64,000 nt of DNA, from contig OX597827.1 in NCBI GenBank assembly GCA_951406725.2, positions 24,800,001-24,864,000 of the forward strand, given 5' to 3'. The notes under the pieces were generated by a model that searched no databases, had not been told where the DNA came from, and saw only the letters and a program-made list of their open reading frames with translations. The position numbers and the translations under genes were made by a program. This DNA comes from Octopus vulgaris. Its lineage: Eukaryota. Each line of letters starts with the position of its first letter. Within the stretch, counting starts at the first letter, position 1. Positions 27,188-39,412 of the stretch are shown here, piece by piece.

Positions 27188-28380
27188 TTATTAATATGAC
27201 AGTAATAAAAAATAAATGTAAAACCTCGTAGAAAACGGCAATAATAATGGTAAAAACGATTTTGACTTTTTTTATCCAAAGGGTTTTTAACCAACCTTTA
27301 CACTATTATCTATAGTTTTATAGTTATAGCTTTATCTGCGTGGAGTTAAATCCCTCCGAAAAAGAATTATTTCATGTTCTCTCGAACTTTCTAAGTCAAC
27401 AACATAGAGTTCTCGCCAGTACGAATAAAGTTTCTAAAACGGATAGAGAAAATATTGTTTTGGTCGAGTGGTAGAACGCCTGTCATGTTTACAGGAAATG
27501 TGGAATCGAGTCCCACGGGCAGGCTTCGGCTTTCTCTATCCAGGAATTTTTTTTAAAATATAATATTTATACGCTATTATTTATAGCCTTATTTGCATCG
27601 AGTTAAACTGTTCTGAAAAGAAATATCATAAATGGTCCTAATAGTGTATACAATATCAAGGTTGAAATGCAGCTAGGCATGAAGTGAGGCTTGCAGTTAG
27701 AGGAATAAATTTATAAATTATTGAAGATGCTTGCAAAAACATTATGATGGCAAAAATATCCTGTTGGTTTATAACGAGCCATTGTTGAAAGAAGTATGAG
27801 AATTAGTCCTAAGCAGACCACACGCTTCAATAGATTCTGTCGTTGCTAATGTTTCTATGGTAAGCGTTTCAATTCGCAACACCTTCACGTGTCTATAGAG
27901 TTTGTGTTTGTGTCTGAGAGCAGGAAAGTGTGTTTTCAATATGTACGTGTGTGTGTATTTTACATTAATTGTTAAGCAGTTAATTTTAGTTAATTTTTTA
28001 TTTATTTTCAGATCATTAAAATGGAATGTCAAGTTAAGAATGTATGTATGTATGTATGTATGTATGTGTGTATGTATGTATGTATGTATGTATGTATGTA
28101 TGTATGTATGTATGTATGTATGCATGTATGTAAGTATGTATGTATGTATGCATGTGCTCATGTGAATGTAATATGAATGCATACCCACGTGCGTATGTAT
28201 ATTGGTATGTAAATAAGAAGCATGTACATATATATATATATATATATAATGTTTAGGAGAATTCAAATAGATTCAACAGTTTATATAAACACATATTGTG
28301 CCATGGATCGAAGTATAGCAGTTTTTAAATACACAAGTGTATCAATCATTAAAACCTTAAAAATCTATAAATCTATAAAT

Positions 28381-29678
28381 ATTGAGTTGGCAACTAAGTT
28401 TCGCCATTTAAAAAAAAATTTTTGGAATTTATTGCGTTTTTAAATTTTTTAATCTATTTTGTTTCCGAGAATTCTATTTTTGAATCGTTTTGAAATCTTT
28501 TTTTTTTCTAGTTAATTTTAGTTAATTTTTGTTTATTTTCAGATCATTAAAATGGAATGTCAAGTTAAGAAAAACGAGCATTTTCGACACCTCCTCTTTT
28601 TTGTTTTTAATCAAGGTTCTAAGGCTGCAAAAGCTGCTCGCGACATTTGTGCTGTGTATGGAGAGGTTACCATAGCTGTAAGAAACGCTCGTGATTGGTA
28701 TGCCAAGTTCAAAAATGGAAATTTTGACCTCAAAGATGCACCTCATTCTGGCCGTCCAGTTGAGTTCGATGAAGAGCGATTAAACCAACTTTTGCACGAA
28801 AATTCTCGTCAAACGACAAGGGAACTGGCAGAGAAAATGGAATGTTTCCACACTGCTATAGAAAAGCATCTTCACTCGATGGGAAAGGTTCAGAAGTATG
28901 GTGCATGGGTTCCGCATGCTTTAAGTGACAACAACAAAAATCAACCAGCCACAATCTCCGCTGGTTTGCTTGCTCGTCACCGCTCAACTCATGGACACAA
29001 GCAGCGATTTCTTTGCCGAATCGTTACTGGCAACGAAAAATGGTGCCTGTACATCAATATGAAGCAACGTAAGGAATGGCTTACCCCGTAAACAAGCGAT
29101 ACTACGCGTGAAACAAGATCTTCATCCGCCTAAAACGATATTGTGCATATGGTAGGACAGGGAAGGGATTATCCATTACGAATTGCTTGAACGAAACCAA
29201 ACGGTCAACGCGGAACTCTATGTTCAACAGTGGAACGATTCAACACGGCTTTTCAAGAGAAAAGACCTAATCAGCAGCATGGAGTTCTTCTGCTGTACGA
29301 CAACGCCCGCCCTCATATTGCCAAAATAACCAAAGAAGCCATTCAAGCGCATGGTTGGGAAGTGCTGCCACACCCGCCGTACCCTCCTGATTTGGCACCA
29401 ACGGATTTACACCTCTTTCGATCTCTTTCAAATGCTATGCGGAGTTTCGTTCAATACTAATGCAGAATTGAGAGCTTGGTTGGATCAATTTTTCGAGTCG
29501 AAATCGGGTGATTTCTTTATTTCTACCAACGAAGTATTTAAAATCTTGTTGAACGTTGGGAAGAAGCTGTAACAACAAGGGTGAATACATTATTGATTAA
29601 TTAGTTGCTATTTTTTATTAAAACTTAAAAAAAATTTAAATAAAAAAAAAACGGCGGGAATTTAGTTGCCAACCTAAT
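28381..29678 (+). mobile_element. Mariner transposon, full length, transposase disrupted
   Basis: TIRs ATTGAGTTGGCAACTAA / TTAGTTGCCAACCTAAT; ORF pieces 28552-29091 (HTH, WVPHAL, IVTGNEKW) and 29230-29460 (YDNARPH, PPYPPDLAPTD); frameshifts, and first catalytic D replaced by N. Confidence 0.95.
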
Positions 29679-29748
29679 ATATATTTTGTGCCTCGTGCTT
29701 TTATCTGAGCACTTGAAACTACTGCATATATAATACACAGTGTATATA

Positions 29749-29930
29749 TCTATTATATAAAATCCGTTCTGTCTGTCTGTGTGTCTTCTAGGATCTCGGG
29801 CATCCTCCATCCGATTGCGCTCAAATCTGATATGTAGATACCGACGGTATCAGGGCGAGTATAAGTTTTGAAAAAATTACAAAAATCGATTCCAGGTGAG
29901 AATGCGATCGATAAAGCCGTGGGAACGTGC
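29749..29930 (+). mobile_element. Helitron 5' fragment
   Basis: TCTATTATATAAAATCCG start with (TCTG)n; CATCCGATTGCGCTCAAATCT resembles 45005-45030. Confidence 0.55.
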
Positions 29931-30645
29931 ACTTGTACGCGCAAGTACATCAGCTGTTGTGATCGATACTACGCGTACGCGAGAAAAAGTCTATCTTTAT
30001 TTCTTCTTTTGCTGGTGTCTCAAACTTAGGTTAAATCAGTGTTTCTCAAAGCGGAGGCCTATGGGACGGTGGGACAAGTTGTTTTGAGAAAATTTTGTTT
30101 AAATGTTTGACAACTCAGCACCGTCCTTTGGACGGGGGAGGCGTTTTGCTCGTATATATATATATATGTGTGTGAGAGGGAGAGAGAGAGAGAGAAATAG
30201 AGAGAGGGAAGAAAGAGGGAGAGAAGAGAGAGAGAGAGAGACAGTGTGTGTGTGTATGTACTAAGGTGTAGTACCTATCCAATATACTGCTGATCTTTTA
30301 ATCTTTTAATCTTTTATGTATTACGAGTATATATGTGTATAACACACAGTCTTTGTATGTGTGTGTATTCTTAGGAATTCAACCGTGTTTCGTGGTCTGC
30401 TACCACAATAGCTCCTTTATAGGATCCAGTTAGCTCAAGACATCATTAGGAGGAACCACGTCCGGTTTCGGCCCCTACTCCTCTACCGTTTTGACGTGGC
30501 GCCCTCCCCCCTTTCGGAGGTGTCTTCAGCTCTGGTGTTGTTTTGGAATAAATAGACATAATAGAATGTCTACCGGCTGATGTATGTCATTTTGGTATCC
30601 CTTCCATTTTCTTTTTGCCGTATACATACATACATAACATACATA

Positions 30646-30712
<67 letters not shown>

Positions 30713-30825
30713 CCGACCAGGCTATCAGATGTTGCTGCCATAGTCCGCTGCCATAGTCCGCTGCCATAACCACTGGGCTATTACGCCTCCACACACACAT
30801 ACCAACACGCGCGCGCACACACACG

Positions 30826-30895
<70 letters not shown>

Positions 30896-31726
30896 AATAT
30901 ATATATATATAAATATATATATATACATATATATAAATACACGCCCATTGTTTTTATGCGTGTGTATGCGTGAGTGAGAACTGCTATCCCTTCCATACAA
31001 CATCTTAAATATCCCACTTCACGCAACGACAGCTGTTTAAGGTACAATCAATATTTGACTATGCTCCCTCCATCACCTTCACCACCAGTTGCTAATGGTG
31101 TTGTTATCCTGTTGTGAATATTGATCCCTGTTATAGGCATTAGGCCACGGATATTAGGGAAGAAAAGGTAAAGTCAATAAAATCGATAAACAACACTTGA
31201 CTTCTATTCATTTCAACGAACCTGACAGAATTTTAAAAAAATATAAACAGACGGCTACAAGAAATAAATGTATAAAAAACATTAAACACAAATAAGTTTA
31301 GTAAACGTAGAGTTATAAAGAGGTGTGGCAGCGTGGTTTAAAGGCTTGCTTCGCAACTATGCCGTGTTGAGTTCGATACCTCTACATGGTACCTCGTACT
31401 AGTGTCCTTTACAACTGCAGGAACGGAATTTGAGAGACGGAAACTGGAGAGTAACTATCGTGAATGTATGTATGTATGTATGTATGTATGTATGTATGTA
31501 TGTATGTATGTATGTATGTATGTATGTATGTATGTATGTATGTATGTATGTATGTATGTACGTATGTACGTATTTACGTACGTACGTATGTATGTATGTA
31601 TGTGTATGTATGTATGTATTCATGTATGTATGTGTATGTATGTATGTATGTACGTATGTACGTATGTATGTATGTATGTATGTATGTATGTATGTATGTA
31701 TGTATGTATGTATGTATGTATGTACG

Positions 31727-32050
31727 TCTCTTCTATTTTTTATTTACTATAAATCTTCCACTGAGGAAGGAGCCGGTTTCTAACAAAGATACAAGGCTCC
31801 ATCTCTGGGATGTAGTTAACACAGACAAATTCACAAATTTGGAACTTGAGAAAAAAGTCTTGCATATTTTTACTGTTCCCCTCACAGATTGCCCTTTTAA
31901 TGTACGAATCAGCCGGTCAATTTCTCTTCCTGAAAATCCCAGTTTATCCAGATTCTCCTTTAAGCATTTACTAACAAAATCCAGTGCTCCAATTCTTATT
32001 GGTTTGAATATGAATTCATAGTCTGGATGTAGAAGCTGGATGTTCCAGAA
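31727..32050 (-). mobile_element. 3' end of R4-clade RLE retrotransposon ending in (CATA)n
   Basis: LLHPDYEFIFKPIRIGALDFVSKCLKENLDKLGF..SVRGTVKICKTF, homologous to 63400-63600; 3' UTR runs into (CATA)n on minus. Confidence 0.8.
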
Positions 32051-32183
32051 CCCTCTTTCACACCTGACATCATACCTCCCCCCTTCTTTTGCTCCAATCC
32101 CCTCCTCTCTCACTATGCATGCACTATACAACACACCACCCGTCATATGCTACCGTCCTTTCCAATCGCGACTAACAAACAAT

Positions 32184-32631
32184 GGATCTTTTCGGTTTGA
32201 ACGGCAGTTTTTAACATAATTTCTAGGTAACTAAAACATTTTAAACTTCGTATACTGGTAGAATGTGTTTATAAAACATCTTTTTCTCTTGGCTTTATTG
32301 AGAAAATTCTATAGTTTGTTGTTTTTTTCTTCAGTTCTATAGTTTGTAAGATATTTGTTGGTTTTTTTTTCTTCAATTTCTGCAATTTCAACCAATCACT
32401 GACGTCTATTGAGGTAAAAAAACATTCTGTGCCGTATGAATATGTCCCTCGTGTAAGAAACAGATTGGGTTTATTTACATTTGTGAAGAAAAAATAATAC
32501 CCTTCCCTCCACCCCTAACCCTAACCCTAAAACAGATTGAAATGCAATAGATCGATACTAGGGTCATAATTATGGGTGACAATTTCATATGACACCGCTA
32601 GAAAAAACTGCCGTTCAAACCAAAAAGATCC
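32184..32631. mobile_element. MITE with 8-bp TSD, Merlin-like, containing (CCCTAA)3
   Basis: TIR GGATCTTTTCGGTTTGAACGGCAGTTTTT / AAAAACTGCCGTTCAAACCAAAAAGATCC; TSD CAAACAAT at 32176-32183 and 32632-32639. Superfamily assignment is inference. Confidence 0.85.
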
Positions 32632-33469
32632 CAAACAATCAAATCACAAGGGATTGCTTTCATAATCAAACAGAAAATACATTATTTCCAAATGTTTTCA
32701 CTGAGAACGTTCTCTTTTTTCTCCTCACACACACACACACGAACAACCGCTGGCTGCTGGCCGATCCCTTTTCTATCAAGCGAGCGAAGAGTCTACGGAA
32801 ATATATTTTTTTCCCCGCATTTTCGTAAAGCTCAACTTGGTTATTTGTCTGGATGCCACAGACGCAATAATTCTGAGAGAATCAACATTCAAAGACTAAT
32901 TGAAGATCGTCACCATCTTTCGAAACATGTTCTCTAAAGTATTAGCGAATCCCTCTTATGATTATACAAGACAGTGGTACCAGTCATATGATGGGGAAAC
33001 TTTAGAAGTTCACTTTTACAACCATCGGTAAATATCAGAAAATTTGGCATCCTTTTGGATAATTATGGTTTAAGTTTTACCAAATTTCTTGGTGCACATA
33101 AGAAATGATGAAATGAATACTAATTCTCAGGCGAAAAATATTTATTTCCTTTAAATAAAATTAATTAAAAACATCCGAAAAGTAAAAATATAATTGACAA
33201 CAAAATTACTCTTCGTGTTGATTTCATATTAAGGCATTTCACGCGCGCGCACCCTCATCTCTCTTCTCTCTATATATATATACATGTATGTGTGTGTCTA
33301 TACTCATTCTCCACCTCCTCCCTCTTCTGTTCTGGTTCTATGATTCTTCACTCATTGTCTGCCACCAAGCACAGTATGTGTACTCATCAGACACCTCTTG
33401 TAGTTCTCTTTAACTCTCTCTTCCCCTCTCTGTACGATGTAAATCGTGACCAGATCGTGTGAGAGGTTT

Positions 33470-33687
33470 AAGGTGGTGAGCTGGTAGAATGGTTAGCACG
33501 CCGGGGGAAATACTTAGTGGTATTTTGCCCGTTCTGAGTTCAAGTTTCGCTGAGGTCGACTTTGCCTTTCATCCTTTCGAGGTTAATGAAATAAGTACCA
33601 GTGAAACACTGGGGTCGATGTTATCGATTAGTCCCCTCCCCACAAATTTCAGTCCTTGTGCCTTTAGGAGAAAGGATTATTATTATT
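33470..33687 (+). mobile_element. SINE family B with (ATT)n tail
   Basis: AAGGTGGTGAGCTGG head and GAGGTCGACTTTGCCTTTCATCCTTTCG core. Confidence 0.85.
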
Positions 33688-34137
33688 GAGAGAGCAGCAC
33701 ACGCCATCAAAGTGACGCTTGGGTACAAATATACGAAGCCCATTTTACCCATCATGACTATACGTCTGATAAAGGTACACCAGGAATATACATCACAAGC
33801 ATATGTGTGCGACATGGTGACCTCATATCAAGATAAATGGTGCATGACTTTGTAAGTGGGGCCCTGATAGAATTTTCTTCAGGTTGAGTCGCCCATCCTG
33901 CTCAAAAGGTCCTTGAATAAGGGTTGTTTAAAGATGTTGAACGAAACACTCAGATTTTCAAGGATGAATTATTCAAACTCCAAAGAATTCCTCTCAACAC
34001 ATGGCTAGGAGGCTCCTCCACTACTCCTGCTCATCATCATCATCATCAGATATACATCGTCAGCCACTAAGGGACATGTTCAACTGGTTAAGATCAATCA
34101 AGGGAGTAGCAAATCTGTGGTACTGAGCAGAATATTT
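33688..34137 (-). mobile_element. Truncated copy of the (AAT)n-associated non-coding element
   Basis: Reverse complement of ~36470-36922; 3' end abuts (ATT)n. Confidence 0.8.
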
Positions 34138-34194
34138 ATTGGTACCTCGCATGTGGTTGGGAAGCAGATTTCTTACCATACAGCTATGCCTATG

Positions 34195-34430
34195 TGGAGG
34201 CGCGTGGCTTAGTGGTTAGGGTGTCAGCACCACGATCATAAGATTGTGGTTTCGATTCCTGAACCGGGCGACGCGTTGTGTTCTTGAGCAAAACACTTTA
34301 TTTCACGTTGCTCCAGTCCACTCAGCTGGCAAAAATGAGTTACGCTGCGATGAATTGGCGTCCCATCAAGCTGGAGCACACATACGCCATGGAAACCGGG
34401 AAACCGGGTCCATGAGCCTGGCTAGGTTTT
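34195..34430 (+). mobile_element. SINE family C
   Basis: GGAGGCGCGTGGCTTAGTGGTTAGGG A-box, GTTTCGATTCC B-box, GTGTTCTTGAGCAAAACAC core. Confidence 0.85.
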
Positions 34431-34638
34431 AGAAAAAGGGCGCAAAGAGAAAAAGACAGCTTTGCATATACGTCTATGAGAGATACTTTCTCAACACGAA
34501 TACCACAATTAAGAAAGCTTTCAATATATACACACCTAAAGTATGTATACACATCGCTAATCGTCATCATCATCGTCGTCGTCATCATCATCATCATCAT
34601 CATAATCATCATCAACATCATCACCGTCGTCGTCGTCG

Positions 34639-34672
<34 letters not shown>

Positions 34673-35878
34673 ATCATCATCATCATCATCGTCGTCGTCG
34701 TCGTCTTCATTTTACGTCTGCTCTCCGTGCCGGCATGGGTTGGAGAAGTCGTCACGGTCCAGGTAACTTCTCATTTGGCGTTACTGCTCCCAACGACTAG
34801 GTTTTCGTCCGCGTCATTTGGGTTGGCTTCTACGGCCGGGTGCCGGTTCTATCGTCAACCACTTTACAGAGTGTCCTGGGTGCATTTTTGTCGTGGTGCC
34901 AACATCAGATTATTCAGTTGACCCAAGGAGGGGAATAAAAGGTGGGGACAACAGAAAAAGCTATAAATGGGTATTCATAGAGAGAAATTTGAGTGAGAGC
35001 TGTTTGTTATTTCTAGCAAGTCGTATGTCCATGTAGTTGGGGAGGGGTGTGGTCCCCTCGTTGCATTGTCTTCAGTTGTTTGTTTATCTTTCTCGCATTT
35101 TAGCAGAGAAAAAGACGAAGACAAAACAAACCGAAAAATAAACAAATAAAAAGATCTCTCAAGCTTAAATTTCTTTCTTAATCCCAGCTTTTCTTTCTTT
35201 CCTTCTTCCTTCCTTTCTTCCTTTCTTTTCCTTTTTTTCCTTTCTTCCTTTCTTTCTTTCTTTCTTCGTTTCGTTCTTCCATTCTTCCATTCTTTCTTTC
35301 TTTCTTTCTTTCTTTCTTTTCCTTTCTTTTTCTTTCTTTCTTTCGTTCTTTCTTTTTCTTTCTTTCTTTCGTTCTTTCTTTCTTTCTTTCTTTCTTCTTT
35401 CTTTCCTTTCTTTGTTTTCCCCCCTTTCTTTCGTTTGTTTCTTTACTTTCTTTCATGTCTCTATTTACTACAGACCTTTGTGAAGTAGAAGTAGTAGTAG
35501 CAGCAGCAGCAGCAACAGTAAGCAGCAAGAAGAAGAAGAACAACATTAACAGAAAGTAGATTGGTATTCCGTGTCACAAGAACAGAGAACACAAGTCTTC
35601 TGTGGTTCTTCAAAAATCTTGTTTTAAAAACACCAAAACATCACTCCCTTCACCAACACCACCATCTCCACCATGGCACCCACCACCACCACCACCACCA
35701 CCTCCTCCACTTACACCTTTACTTGACATCCTAACAAACAGCTGTTGCTACGCAACAATGTTTTAAGCCATTTTTTCTTTTCGTTCCACTGATATCTTTC
35801 GCCATCATCACCCTAGGGGGCTCATTTCCGCTTCTCTGATGTAATGTTATGTTGTCTACATAACCCAACAACCGCAGT

Positions 35879-36138
35879 CTTCTTCTTCTTCTTCTTCTTC
35901 TTCTTCTTCTTCTTCTTCTTCTTCTTCTTCTTCTTCTTCTTCTTCTTCTTCTTCTTTCTTCTTCTTCTTCTTCTTTTTCTTCTTCTTCTTCTTCTTTTTC
36001 TTCTTCTTTTTCTTCTTCTTCTTCTTCTTCTTCTTCTTCTTCTTTTTCTTCTTCTTCTTCTTCTTCTTCTTCTTCTTCTTCTTCTTCTTCTTCTTCTTCT
36101 TCTTCTTCTTCTTCTTCTTCTTCTTCTTCTTCTTCTTC
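35879..36138. repeat. (CTT)n/(GAA)n trinucleotide tract, ~260 bp
   Basis: Direct inspection; a (CTTT)n tract lies at 35190-35455. Confidence 0.95.
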
Positions 36139-36312
36139 ACGTTCTCACTTCAACCCTACTGGCGTCGACTTTGACTTTTATCCTTTCAGGGCTGATAAAA
36201 TAAAATACCAGTTGCATACTGGGGTTGACGGTGTCGAACAATGCCCTTTCCTCGAGCGTTGCTGGCTCCATGCCTAAATTAAGAAAACAACGACAGCAAC
36301 AACAACAACAGC

Positions 36313-36375
<63 letters not shown>

Positions 36376-36922
36376 TGCAGTACCAGGCAGTGGCTCTCAT
36401 GGCTTCTGATCTTAACTGATTGGAAGTGTTATCATGTACATTGTTTTGTCTTGGTATAAAAGATGGGCTACAGCAAATATTCTGCTCAATACCACAGATT
36501 TGCTTGTCAGTTGTTTGACCTTAACCAGTTGAGCACGTCCCTTAGTGGCTGACGATATGTGCATCTCTGATCAGGAGCAGAAGTAGTGGGGGAGCAAAAT
36601 AGCCATGTGTTGAGAGGGATTCTTTGGGGTTTGAATAGTTCACCTCTGGAAACATGGGTGGTTCTTTCAACATCCTTAAACAACCCTTATTCAGGGACCG
36701 TTTGAGCGGGATGGGCTACTCAACCTGAAGAAAATTCTAACTGGGCCCCACCTGCAAGGTCATGTGCTGTTTATCTTGATATGAGATCACCATGTCGCGC
36801 ACATATGGTTGTGATGCATGTGCCTGGTGTACCTTTATCAGACGGGTAGTCATGATGGGTATATTGGGCTTCGTATATTTTACCCCAGTGTCACTTTGAT
36901 AGCATGAACTGCTCTCTCACTC
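36376..36922 (+). mobile_element. ~550-bp non-coding element flanked by (AAT)n on both sides
   Basis: Second copy at 33688-34137; no ORF, TIR or Pol III boxes recognised. Confidence 0.75.
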
Positions 36923-36993
<71 letters not shown>

Positions 36994-37003
36994 TAATAAT
37001 AAT

Positions 37004-38625
37004 TTGCAAAAAATGACCAACAAATTCAGGGCTTATTAGCGATTGTTAAATAATTCAGTGATGACATCAGGATGCAATTTCGCCTCGATAAATGTGCAGA
37101 AGCTTCCAATGTTAATCTGACCAGCAGAATGTCATAAAGGAATTAGAACCAGCGGAGAGCTACAAATACCAAACGGAATTTGATAGGGACGGAATCAAAC
37201 ATTCAGTGATGAGGAAAAGGATCAGAAGAAAATGTTATCGTAGGAAAAGGGCAATTCTTAAGAGAGCTGAATGCAAGGAACAGGATCGAAGTAATCAATA
37301 CTTTAGCCATACCATTTGTGACTTACTGTTCCAATATCGATAACTGGTCAATTACCGAAATATTGTTGACAATGCATAGAATGCACCACCCTAAGGCAGA
37401 TATAGAACGACTTGACCTGCCAAGAAAAGAGGGAGGCCGTGGACTTTTACAACTGGCAATAACAATGAAGATTGCCACAATTGGCCTAGACACCTACCTG
37501 AAAACCTCTGAGGACTGGATGTTAAAACTTGTCTCAAAACACGAAAACAAGTAAGCATCATACTCAGTAACAAAACAGGCAAAGGAATATCTAAGTGAAT
37601 TCCAAATACAACAAATTCCAGAATTTGACGTACTGGAAACAAGCACAGAAAAAGCTAAGCGCATGAAAACCCGTGCTAAGACTGCTGCCTTAGATATTCT
37701 TACTGATAAATGACAAGAAAACCTCTCAATGGCAAATACCCAAAGAGAGCTAATAATGCCAATGCTGACAAAGCCCGTACCCATCAATGGTTAGTGGCTT
37801 CTGGCTTAAAATCAGAAACAGAAGGATTTATCATAGCAGTCCAAGATCAATGCCTATCTACAAGAAACTACCAGGCCAACATATTAAAGAACGGCAGCAA
37901 CAAAATGTAGCCATTGATCATGTTGTCTCCATGTGCAGATTTCTTGCGCCTACAGAGTATCTCAACAGGCATGATATATTCACTGGGTAATTTGCAAAAA
38001 CCTGGACCTGCCTCTTGATAAAAACTGGTGGGAACACAAACCACCTCCAGTGCTTGAAAATGATCACATCTTCCTCCTCTGGAACTTCACCATTCAAACT
38101 GACAGAAAGATCGATGCGAATAGGGCAGACATCATATTGAAAGATTTCAGACAAAAATCCTGTCTCCTCATTGATATGACTGTCCCAATCGATATAAACG
38201 TATCTGTCAAGATCTACCAAAAAACTGAGCAAGTATAAAGATCTTGAAATAGAAATTAGCAAAATGTGGAACCTGAAGACTAAAACAATACCTGTTGTCA
38301 TAGGTGCCCTTAGAATGATAGCAAAGGGAGCTGATTGCTGCCTATCTCAGATACCAGGACACCCCAAAATGGCAGAAATTCAAAAGATAGTACTCATGGG
38401 AACTTCCCATAGCCTACGTAAAGTACTGTCTATGTAATATCAAATTTTAGAACAAATTTATAATTTTCTTATGTTATCTTAACCATTCTCTAGAACAATA
38501 CCATGTACAAAGCCAAATATACGGCACCTAAGCATAATACCAACATGATCTAACTTGAAGTCTCTTGTGGTCTCTGGGTGAGACTTGGAGTCAACTTGTA
38601 CAAATACAAAGCAAAATCAAGCATA
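37004..38625 (+). pseudogene. Dong-like (R4 clade) retrotransposon, RT C-terminus to RLE, degraded, within (AAT)n
   Basis: FSDDIRMQFRLDKCA; HHPKADIERLDLPRKEGGRGLLQL; LKSETEGFIIAVQDQ; YLNRHD; LWNFTIQTDRKIDANRADII..LIDMTVP; KYKDLEIEISKMW; (AAT)n both ends. Confidence 0.9.
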
Positions 38626-38644
38626 AAATAATAATAATAATAAT

Positions 38645-38970
38645 TCTATGCAATCCAGGATCAAGCGTAGAGTTAGGCTGGTCTCCTGGCATCTAGGGTG
38701 TCATCAAGTGCTCACAGCCCTCCTCTGCCAGTCGGGCAATGCTGTGGATATTCCACGATGGCGTTCTACAGATGATTAGTGCAAGGTAGGGTCGACGGCG
38801 TTCTCGGGGAAAGTCAACTGGCTTTTCTGTTCGGGAGGACTTTCGGGCCGAGGCCCATGGGATTGGCCTAGCAATGCTACCGATAAGAGTGGAGAACTTT
38901 CCCGTGGTTCGGGATAAGCGCGATAGACATGTTGATGGCTCAGTCAGGCCCGCCCTCGATGCTCGCAGTT
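38645..38970 (+). pseudogene. Tx1/L1-clade ORF2 C-terminal fragment
   Basis: LFGRTFGPRPMG.LA*QCYR..VRDKRDRH, resembling the zf-RVT region; frameshifted. Confidence 0.5.
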
Positions 38971-39412
38971 ATTCTTTCTACTATAGACACAAGGTTTGAA
39001 ATTTTCGGGGAGGGGACTAGTCGATTACATCGACCTCAGTGTTTCACTGGTATTTATCGACTCCGAAAGGATGAAAGGCAAAGTCGACCTCGGCAGGTTT
39101 TGAACTTAGAACATAGCGACAGGCGAAATGCCCGATTGAGACATCAACATGTTTATTGCGCTTATCCCGAACGACGGGAAAGTTCTCCACTCCTCTCGGT
39201 AGCATTGCTAGGCCAAATCGATGGGCCTCGGCACGAAAGTCCTCCCGAACAGAAAAGCCAGTTGATTTACGCCTTACCTTGCACTAATCATCTGTAGAAC
39301 GTCATAGAGGAATATCCAGAGCCTTGCCCGACTGGCAGAGGAGGGCTGTGAGCACTTGATGACACGCTAAGCATTTCGCCAGCGTTCAAACGATTCTGCC
39401 ACCTCGCTGCCT
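38971..39412 (-). mobile_element. SINE family B interrupted by an inverted copy of its flank
   Basis: SINE consensus CGAAAT(A/G)CC|GCTAAGCATTTCGCC is split by 39132-39365, the reverse complement of 38698-38950. Confidence 0.8.

Noticed and set aside
30455-30537. Hammerhead-like CTGAAGA..GAAA ccgg on minus
   Set aside because: The UH site is replaced by AC and the bases of stems I and II do not pair; at best a dead remnant
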